Below, piece after piece: positions 48,501 to 58,915 of a stretch of DNA of 64,000 nucleotides (its first letter is position 1; the number at the start of each line of letters is the position of its first letter). A program made the position numbers and the translations under genes. This DNA is from Sedimentisphaerales bacterium (lineage in GTDB: Bacteria; Planctomycetota; Phycisphaerae; Sedimentisphaerales; SM23-30), in NCBI GenBank assembly GCA_963663965.2, contig CAXXFK010000010.1:1-64000 (forward strand). Reading direction: 5' to 3'. Under the pieces are notes generated by a model. It did no database searches, had not been told where the DNA came from, and saw only the letters and a list, made by a program, of their open reading frames with translations.

Positions 48501-51500
48501 CGAGGTTCATCCTGGCAATACCTCGATGATGGCAGCAATCAGGGCACTGCATGGCAGGAAATCAACTACGATGACAGTAGTTGGAAAGGCCCCCAGGCCA
48601 CCCAGTTGGGCTATGGCGATGGCGATGAAACCTCACCCGCAGTGACCTATATCGATACCGATCCCGGTACCAGTGGAACGCAGAAAAACATTACCACCTA
48701 TTTTCGTATGAAATTTGAAATAGATGATCCTTCTCAATATACTAATTTACGGATTGGTTTGTTGTGTGATGATGGCGGTATCGTCTATCTGAATGGTCAT
48801 CAAATTTGCACTTATAATTTATCAACCACCCCGGTCACTTATACCACCCCTGCCGATCAGGCTATCAGCGGAGGTGACGAAGATGTATTCAATGAATATA
48901 ACATCAATACCGACTATCTGGTCAGCGGCACGAACATCCTGGCGGTCGAAATCCATCAGGCTAACCAAACGAGTTCTGATCTGAGTTTCGATTTTGAAAT
49001 GGCCGGAATTCTGGATACCAGCAATGTCATAGACGGTGTCCCCATCCATCCCGGCATCACCCGTATCCTGGTACAGGCCTATGATGGTCCTGCCGGTAGC
49101 GGCCATGTAATTGACAGCCAGGCAATCGATGTCTGGCAAAACAGCAGCACCCCAACCGAAATATCCGGCACACTCACTCAAGACACAACCCTGATCGCAT
49201 CAGAAGGGCCCTATATGATTACTGGGGACCTCATCGTGCCTTCGGGCATCCTCTTGATAGTCGAACCGGGAACAACCCTGTTCTTTAATTCTGGAACCGG
49301 TATCACCGTCAATGGTACTCTCCAGGCCGAAGGCAATGAATATGCCCATATTCGCATGGCGCCCAATCCGCAATCAGCCACCCGCTGGGATGGCATCGCT
49401 ATCAGAAACACCCTGACAGACAACCGGTTGCAGTTTGTGGATATGGAATTCGGAGATGGACAGGGCGACTCGATCATTGTCAACCAGGCCCGGGCCTTTA
49501 TGAATTACATGACCTTTACCAGTACCAACAGTTCCACCGCCCTGATGGAATTGACTCATCCATCGGCAGTTATCCGAAATTGTGTCTTCCCATCCATCAG
49601 CGGCACGGAACCGCTGCACGGCACCGGACTGTCGGGTGATGAATACCTGATTTTCGATCAGTGTACCTTCGGTATTTCCACTGGCTATAATGACATCATG
49701 GACTTCACCGGCGGCCAGCGGCCCGGTCCCATCATCCAGTTCTATAACAACCTGTGGCTGGGTGGCGGCGATGACGGTCCGGACCTGGATAGCACCGACG
49801 CCCATATTGAAGGCAACCTGTTCACCAACTTCCACCAGAACAGCAGCAGCGACAGCACCTCCAACGCGATCGCCACTGGCGATGGTTCGGAAGTCTGCAT
49901 CGTGCGCAATGTTTTCATTAACAATGAACACTGTATCCTGCACAAGGAAGATGTCTACACCTGGGTACAGAATAATGTCTTTATCGATACCGAAATAGCG
50001 GACGTCAGCTTTGGTGAACCGTTCAGAAATCCACCACGCACTCCCGGCCGCGGGACCTATATGGATAGCAATATTCATTATAACTCCGCCGCCTTGTTCG
50101 AACATTTCTTCGATAACCCGGCGGATTACGGCCCAACCGGCCCGATCTACATTTACCGCTCCATACTTCCCCAGCAATGGCATTATCTGGGCTCGGACAA
50201 TCTGGATACCGATCCAATGTTTATCGATTTCCCGGCGGACCTCGGTCTGCAAACCGGCTCACCAGCCATTGGAACCGGTATCAACGGCCTGGACCGGGGC
50301 TACCTGGTACCGGCCGGCGCTTCCATTTCCGGTGAACCGGATGGTATTGCAAACAGCGCTCAGGCAACGCTTCAAATCGGCGGCCCCGGTATTATCAGTT
50401 ACAGTTACCGGTTGGTTGATAACGACATCCCCGGTGCCTGGAGCAATGAAATTCTGCTCCCCATCAATGCCGATGATTTCCCGGTCGATCCCGACAACAT
50501 TCTGGGCGTACTGGAAATTACCGGCCTGGAACATGGTCATACTTATCGTGTGGATGTACTGGGACGCAACTCAGCCGGATTATGGCAGGGCCAGACGGTC
50601 GGAATCAATACCGGTTTCATGACTCCCGGCGATCCCCAGGGCACCCCTTCCCGCACCTGGACTGTCGACCTGACCGCCGCGCCGGCATTGTCCTCTGGCG
50701 ATCAACCAGTCCAGTATACGCCCCCGGCCCCGGCGATGGCTGGTTACGGTTACATTACCGAACCGCAGATTCCACTCTTGCCGGCAGATTCAACAATCAC
50801 ATTAGTAGGCGGATCACTCACTACAGATACTATCTGGTCTGCGCAAAACGGACCCTATCAGGTGACGACAACGCTGATTGTTCCGGTTGATGTCACCCTG
50901 ACTATAGAAGCAGGCACTACTGTCTTTTTCGATCCAGGCGCCGAACTTACTGTCTATGGGAAACTGTCTGCCACTGGAACCGGCGATAACCTGATCCATT
51001 TCACCCGGTCACCGTTTAGCGCCGGGATCTGGAACGGGATACAGTTGATAAACACCCAACAGGATAATTACATCGGCTATGCCGTCATTGGCTACGCCGA
51101 AACCAATAACGGGGCCATTGGCCTGAGCAACGCGTCCGCATTGCTGGAATATCTGAGCTGGACCGGCTCGAAACGACGCCTCGTCCGGGCGGACAACGCA
51201 TCATTGATCGTCCGCAATTGCGTATTCCCGGATCGTTTCTCCGCCGCTGAATACCCGGCCGCTGGCGATGACAACCTGGTAGAAGATATCAAAGGGTCCG
51301 GAATTCTCACCGGCGGTCATTTTATTATCGAAAACAATATCTTTGGCGCCAACAAAGGCCACAACGACATTATCGATTTTTCCGGTCCGGGCTTACCGGG
51401 TCCCATCCTGCAGGTGCTGAACAACGTATTTATGGGTTCGGGCGATGAATGCCTGGACCTGGGTGGCGATGCCTGGATAGAAGGCAATCTCTTTATGCAA

Positions 51501-54216
51501 CGTCCACAAGGATGTTTACAATACCGGCACCGGCGACTCGAATGTCGTATCCACCGGCGATGATGATTACGACGCCGTCGTAACCATGGTTCGTAACGTC
51601 TTTTACGATATCGACCATGTCATCGATCTCAAAACCGGCACCTACTTGTATTTCGAACATAATACCGTCGTTGGCATACCGGATGACACCCCCACGACCA
51701 CCTTCTCCGTTTTCAAATTCCTGATCCCCAATCGAGATCCGGAAGGCCGCGGCGCCTGGCTGGATAGCAACATATTCTACGATATTCCACAGCGAATTTT
51801 TGAAAATGTTGATCAGAGCCTGACTGGCGAACCCGGTTTCGTAACCGATCTGGTCATGAATAACTGCCTGCTACCCGCCCAGCGTGCCGGCGATTCAGTC
51901 GGCCAACGTCTGGGAACCATCATGGACCTGGGATCTGGCAATACGGTAGGTGACCCATTATTCGTTGATCCGGCCGGTAATTTCCAGTTACGCCCGGAAT
52001 CGCCCGCCATTGCCGCGGCGCCGGATGGACTGGACTTGGGCGCTATGGTCCCGGCGGGCGCAGCCATTCAAGGCGTCCCACAAGCCTATTCCTGGAATGA
52101 CACCGTAACATTACATATCGGCGGCCCCGGTATCACTGCCTATCGTTACCGGCTCAATCAGAACTCCTGGAGCGGCGCTTACCCGGTTACCGAACCGGTA
52201 ATATTATCCGGCCTGTCTGATGGCGTTCCCTACACCGTAGAAGCCATCGGACTCAACCGCGCCGAACAGTGGCAAAGTGATCAGGCCCCAACCGTGTCAC
52301 CCAACTGGATAGTCGATAGCAGCTACAGCCGCTTAATCTTAAATGAAGTGCTGGCCAAGAACGTCACTGTTCTGGAAAAGAACGCCGCCTGGCCGGACCT
52401 GATTGAACTCTATTATGACGGTGCGGAAACCCTTGACCTGGCCGGTTTCAGCCTGACCGATATCCCAACCAATCCCACTAAATTCGTCTTTCCGGCCGGC
52501 TCGCAAATCGAATCCGGACAGTACCTGGTCCTCTACGCCGATACCTCCCTTGTCAGCGGCGAAATCCACACGGGTTTCGCTTTAGACGACAAAGGTGAAG
52601 GCCTTTATCTCTTCAACCCGGCCGGTCTGTTATTGGATTCCGTTGTCTTTGGATTACAAATCGCGGACCTCTCCATCGGCAGAAACTCGCGAGGCGACTG
52701 GCAGTTATGCGCCCCGACTCTGGGAAATGCCAATATCCAGTATCCTCAGGGAGATCCTGCGAATCTGCGGATCAATGAATGGCTCTGCAACGGGGATGTC
52801 CTGTTCCTGGATGATTTTGTCGAACTGTATAACGCTTCTGCCTGGCCGGTTAATATCGGCGGTCTTTACATCACGGACAATCCGGTCTCCCAGCCGGAAA
52901 AATATCAGTTGGCTCCCCTCAACTTTGTTCCGGGACAGGGATACGCCGTCTTCGATGCCGACGCCCAGAATGACCCGGGACACTTCCCGTTCCGTCTGTC
53001 TGCCGATCTGGGACATATCGCGTTGTTCGAGTCCGATAGCCGAGAAATTGACTGGGTCGTTTACGGCCCGCAAACCTCCGACTTCTCGCAGGGCCTCTTA
53101 AACGAAGATGGCCGGACCTACAGCTTCTTCTCCATTCCCACACCGGGCATCGCCAATCCCGTCACTTCGACGGCCGAAACGATCCAGCTGAACCTGATAC
53201 AGATCGATGACAGCTGGCGTTATAATCAGAATGACAATGACTTGCAGACCGCCTGGAGGGAAACGGGCTATGATGACAGTAGCTGGCCCCAGGGCAATGG
53301 CTTACTCTATGTCGAAGGCTCCACCCTGCCCGCAGTCAAGAGTACTCCCCTGACGATAGGCGCCCAGACCTATTATTTCCGGGGCAGCTTTACCCTGCCC
53401 GAAGACATCGATCTCGCGGATATCCTAACCCTCGACCTGGCGACCGTGATTGACGATGCGGCCGTAATCTATATCAATGGCGTCGAAGCCTTCCGGATCG
53501 GATTCAATTCCGACACTACCGTCACCCATAGTACCTGGTCGGATCGTTCGGTCGATAACGCCACCTATGAATATGCCTCATTAGACCCATCACAGGTGAT
53601 TCTGCAACCCGGCGAAAATACCATTGCCGTGGAAGTGCATCAGGTCACTCCCGGAAGCTCCGATATCGTATTTGGCCTGGCTCTGGACACGACCATCCTG
53701 CAAAGCCAGTCCGTGGATGATCCTTATGCCTTTGCCAGTCAGTTGCTCAGTGATCTGCGCATTACCGAGATCATGTATCATCCCGCCGAAAGTACCGATC
53801 TGGAGTTCATCGAATTACGCAATATCGGTCAGCAGGATCTGGATATTACCGGCGTCAGGCTGGATGTCGGCGTGACCTTTACCTGCCCGGCGATGACGCT
53901 CGCCGCTGGTGAATATACCATTATCGTGAATGACCGTACCCTGTTTGAAGCCAGTTATGGTACCGAATTGAATATTGCCGGTGAATTTCAGGGCAATCTC
54001 AGTAACGGGGGTGAAAACCTGGTCTTACGACTTCCCGATCCATTACAGGCAGCAATCTTGCGAATCGATTATAAAGATACCTGGTATCCCGCCACGGACG
54101 GGAGTGGCTATTCTCTGGTGGCTCGCGATGACTACGCCCCGCCGGCCGATTGGAATCGCATGGCCGGTTGGATGGCCGGATCCCACCTGGGTGGTTCACC
54201 CTGTGCCGGCGAATAA
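45516..54216 (+). CDS. Giant secreted protein (~2,899 aa if one indel is corrected): dockerin-like EF-hand pair, multiple lamin-tail domains, CotH kinase, duplicated beta-helix and jelly-roll modules
   Basis: Signal peptide; DLNGDCNVDIEDL; LTD motifs INEFMADN...DWIELYN and ITELMYHP...EYLEIYN; CotH motifs VRNRG, YVHIE, DDYYLY, HDLD. An extra base near 51498 separates the 2015-aa and 876-aa ORFs (corrected: GNLFMNVHKDVYNTGTGDSNVVSTGD...MVRNVF). Confidence 0.82.
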
Positions 54217-54240
54217 CCGAACGGCTCTATGTTTAAAAGG

Positions 54241-54267
54241 CGCCTCTATAAAATTGCTCTAGAGGCG
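54241..54267. terminator. Hairpin between convergent genes (possible terminator)
   Basis: CGCCTCTA-N11-TAGAGGCG. Confidence 0.35.
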
Positions 54268-54459
54268 AAAGCGAAATTGAGTTTGCTTTGCCAGGGAACA
54301 AAGAACCGGATCATCATCTTGCGTTCATACCCTTGACAATTGAATTTTCCCGTTACGCCGGGAGATGACTCCTTAACGAGTAATAAGTTGTCTTTGAGCA
54401 ATCAGGAATTTTCATATCCATTGGGTATAGTTTCAGACTTCTTCTTTCCGTCACTCTTT

Positions 54460-57400
54460 CTAATCTGCTGCATGTATTGCAAAATCAAAGAGGTTGACCG
54501 TCTGGTCACCATTGAGGTCGCATGACGTCTCGGCGGTCATCCAGTTTCTCATCATGTCGGAGATGTCAATCTGCCAGCTTAGAATGGGACGGCTTTTGTT
54601 GGTCCAGAAGGGCATATGCCATAGATTCTGTGTTCCGTCCTTGATACTGCCGGTGAAATCCCAACCGACAAAGGTCTGGCGCATGGTCAGTTGCGCAGGT
54701 CTTACGGCGGTCGCGTAGAGGTCGGCTCCGGTGGAACTGTCATAGTAGCAGCCGGTAATCGAAAAGTATCCGGGATTAGCGGTATCCTGCGCGCCGCAGA
54801 AGGCCCCAACCAGCAATCCGCCGATTGGGTGATTTACTGCCGCGTAGCAATTGTGGATTAAACCGCCATTGAGGCCGACAAAGCCTGCGCCAAGGTCCAT
54901 ACTGAGCATTTCACCAACGGCATAGCTATTGACAATGCTGCCGCCGTAATAGTGGTTTTCGCCGGCAAAGCCGCCGACATAATCGTAGCCGTCAACCTGG
55001 CTTTTACAACAGCTTGTCCGGATGTCGCCGGCGTTGAATCCGATAAGGCCGCCGACATAACCGTTGCCAATGACGGTGCCTCCGGCTGAGCATCGCTGGA
55101 TCAGGCCGGTGTTATAGCCGCACAGCCCGCCCACATACATTTGGCCGTTCAGGCTGCCGCGTACATCAATGTCATAAACCTGTGCGCCGCTGTCAATACA
55201 GCCGAACAGGCCGATATAATTCTTGGCGGACTGGTTGATGTTCAGGCCGGTAATACGCCGCCGGTTGCCGTTGAAGTTGCCGGTAAATTTGATGCCCTGG
55301 AAACCGGCCGCGGCGCTGGTATCCGGGGCGATGAGGGCCGCAGCATAGGCGGTATCGGACAGGTCCAGATGGCAGTCAAGGCGAACATAGGCGCTCCAGT
55401 ACGCCGGCTCGGCGATATAGAGATCAAATTTCGCCCGGCTGTCGATAACATACGGATCGGCGGCGGTGCCGCTTCCAGCCATGGTGTATTGCCGTGCAAA
55501 TACAGGATAGTCATACATGGCCCAGACATCGTCTGTTCCATTGGCCGTCTCAAATACAAAATCCCAGCCCGCATCAGTAAATGTGCTTCGTGTCTGCATC
55601 TGAACTGTTGTTAATCCTGTTCCGCCTTCGCTTGTTGTGATCCCTGAAGTTTCCATATCCCAGAAACACCCGCTAATGCTGCCGTTAGTGCTATTCCCGC
55701 ACAGGCCGCCGAAATAATTAGCACGGTCAGGAACCGCTCCGGTGGAATAACATTGACTGATACTGCCAGAATTCCATCCACACAACCCGCCAACCCGCCA
55801 AATACCCCCCGTTATCGCACTGGTCGAAAAACACTGGTTGATGCTGCCGGGATTCAACCCGCACAGCCCGCCGACTGATTCATCACCCGTAACCGTCCCG
55901 GCGGAATAACACTGGTTGATACTGCCGCAACTAAACCCACACAGCCCACCGACAATATCATCACCCATTATCGCGCCGGTCACATAACACTGGCTTATAT
56001 TGCCACGATAGTTGCTTCCGCATAACCCGCCGACATAATAGTCTGCGGAAACAGCGACATTTTCCAGTCCCAGATTTAACACAGAGCAGTCCTCACCAGT
56101 ATATCCAAATAGACCGGCGTGCACGATACAATTTACTGTAAGATTTCTGATAACATGCTCTCCGCCATCAAAATGACCTTGATACTGTGTGCCGTCAAAA
56201 ACCGCATCAGTATCTGTATCGCCTGCAATAGGCGCCTGGGTGTATGTTATTCCGCCCAGGTCAAGATCGCACTCCAGCCGGGCATAAATCCCGCTCAGCC
56301 AGTAGCCGCTGTTGTTGCAGAATATGGTAAAATCATCCATATTCGCTATCAGATACGGATCAGCCGCTGTGCCGCTGCCTGTAAGGGCATATTGCCAGGC
56401 AAAAACAGGATAGTCGCGCATGACCCAGACATCATCCGTCCCATTTGCCATCTCAAATACAAAATCCCAGCCTGCATCGGTGAATGTGCTTCGTGTCTGC
56501 ATCTGTGCGGTCGTCAGACTCTGTACATTGGTTATTGTCCCTGGATCCAAAGTATGCTGATTATACCCATTTGCCTGTCCGCTGGTCTGTTTATCCCAGA
56601 AGCTGTTCAGTATTTCAGCGGTTTCACCGACTTGAAATCCGCACAGTCCGCCGATACCACTGCTATTGCCACTAACTGCTCCAGTGGAATAACATTCACT
56701 GATGCTGCCGGAATTACTCCCGCACAACCGCCGATATTATAATTGCCTGTAACCGAGCCAGTCGAATAACACTCGCTGATACTGCCTGAGCTATTGGTCC
56801 CGCACAGCCCGCCGATTCGCATATAATCCCCGGTAACTGTCCCGGCGGCATAACATCTGATAATACTGCCATCATTCCATCCGCACAGCCCGCCGATGCT
56901 GTCATAGACGCCCGTAACTGTGCTCGTGGAATAACACTCGCTGATAATGCTGGTGTTGCCGGAATTACTCCCGCACAGCCCGCCGATAGTGCGATCCCCC
57001 GCAACGCTCCCAGCGGAATAGCACTTGTTTATACGGCCATAATTACCACCGCACAGGCTGCCGACATACAGTTCACCCGTTGCCGCACCGGTAGAATAAC
57101 ACTCGCTGATGCTGCCGTCATTATAGCCGCACAGGCCGCCAATATCATGAATGCCTGTTACCGTTCCGTCAAAATAACACGCCCTTATACTGCCGTGATT
57201 ACAACCACAAAGACCGCCGGCAAACCTTTGTGTAGCGGAAACGGCGACATTTTCCAGTCTCAGGTTTGACACAGTGCCGCTTGCTACGATATTTCCAAAC
57301 AAGCCGCAGTAATACGCGCCGCTGACGGTAAGATTGCTGATAACATGGCCGCCGCCATCAAAAATGCCGTTGTATCGTGTGCCGTCAAAACTCGAATCAG

Positions 57401-58584
57401 TGTCTGTATCGCCTGCAATCGGCGCCTGGGTGTATGTTATCCCGCCCAAGTCAAGATCGCACTCCAGCCGGGCATAAACCCCGCTCTCCCAGTAGCTGCT
57501 GTCGGAACAGAACTCATTAAAATCGTACAGGTTCCTGATCAGGTAAGGATTGCCCGCCGTGCCCCTGCCGTAAAGTGTCTTCTGCCAGCCAAACACAGGC
57601 AAGTCCATCATCACCCAGACATCATCCATACCATTTGCTGTCTCGCCCGCAAAATCCCAACCCGCATTGGTGAATGTGCTTTGTGTCTGCATCTGTGCGG
57701 TCGTCACCCCAACCACATTGGAGATTCTCGGACTCGATGAGGCATCCAGATGATACCCCACGGCCTGTCCGCTGGTTTCTCTATTCCAGAAGCTGTATAG
57801 TAATTCAGTAAAATAGCCAGTGACATACCCGCACAGCCCGGCGACATGCTGACCATTGCCAGTAACCGCTCCGGTAGAATAACACCCAATTATACTGCCG
57901 ATATTATCCCCGCATAAACCGCCGACATAGTCACCGCCCGTAACCGCACCGATCGAGTAACACTCTGCCATCTCGCCATAAATACCATTCTGCCCGCACA
58001 GCCCCCCGGTATAAAAATCCCCTCCGGTAACCGTCCCAGCGAATAACACCTGCCGATGCTGCCGTGATTCGCCCCGCACAGCCCACCGGTAGAATCACCG
58101 TTGCCGGTAATCGTTCCGGTAGAATAGCACCTGCTGATGCTGCCAAAATTCACCGCGCACAGGCCACCGGATCTAGTTTTTCAGAGATGCCTGCATTCTC
58201 CACCCCCAGATTTGATACAGAACCGTCCGAACTGATATATCCAAACAGACCGGCGTATAGCGCATCACTGACCGTAAGACTCATAATAACATGACCGCCG
58301 CCGTCAAAACTGCCGCAGTATTTTATACCGTTGTAGTTCGAAGCCGTCGCATCACCAGCAATCGGCGCCTGGGTATATGTTGTCCCGCTCAGGTCGATAT
58401 CGGCATCCAGTTGGGTATAGACGCCGGCAGCCCAATAGGCCGTATTGCCGCAGAACGCATCAAAATCCGACCGGTTGACTATCACATAAGGATCCATCTC
58501 TGAACCGCTGCCGTTTAAGGCAAACGAAACAGAATTAGCAAAAAAAAACACCGCAAAAAAAATACATAGCTTTTTAGTACTCAC
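54460..58584 (-). pseudogene. Secreted GLUG-repeat protein (~1,375 aa) split by three -1 indels, with a C-terminal dockerin-like remnant
   Basis: Signal peptide; four GSG(T)..DPY.I modules; many GGLCGxNxGSIxxCYSTG repeats; frame switches near 58180, 58040 and 56727; ends CDLNGDQTVNLFDFAIHAAD*. Confidence 0.82.
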
Positions 58585-58633
58585 AAAACATTCTCCTCAC
58601 AGCAAATAGTTCCTATATCGACGACATTAGGGC

Positions 58634-58662
58634 ATTATACAATATTTTAGACTGTTAAGCAA
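58634..58662 (-). promoter_or_regulatory. sigma70 promoter for the GLUG-repeat gene
   Basis: TTGCTT-N17-TATAAT. Confidence 0.55.
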
Positions 58663-58915
58663 ACTTAAAATCAGGCTGTTCATAAAAATAACAATATGCC
58701 AAACCACTCATATGAACCTACCAACAACCGAGTTCAGATCGATGGGCAATCCGGACTTGCTTTCCGTCAGTTGTTTTACGGATGGGCATATTTTTCACGG
58801 TTTTTTGTGACGCAGTCCAGAGGAGAACCAGACCGCTTGCAGCCCGGAATGCATTTTAGATGTTCCCTTCATAATTCACAAATTGATATCCCAATTCATC
58901 TGGAGCCATTTTGAG

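Noticed and set aside
47238..50252. Long minus-strand ORFs (301 aa and 292 aa)
   Set aside because: Antisense shadows of the codon-biased giant plus-strand gene, with no recognisable motifs
55549..57700. Near-identical repeats as a diversity-generating retroelement TR/VR pair
   Set aside because: Both copies are in-frame coding modules, mismatches are not restricted to adenines, and no reverse transcriptase is present in the window
54800..58180. Regularly recurring CCCGCACAGCCCGCCGA motifs as a CRISPR-like array
   Set aside because: They are the reverse complement of GGLCG codons in GLUG repeats; no cas genes are present
58718..58790. CCAACAACCGAGTTCAGATCGATG resembling the left half of an integron attC site
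   Set aside because: No complementary right half ending in GTTRRRY, no cassette array and no integron integrase
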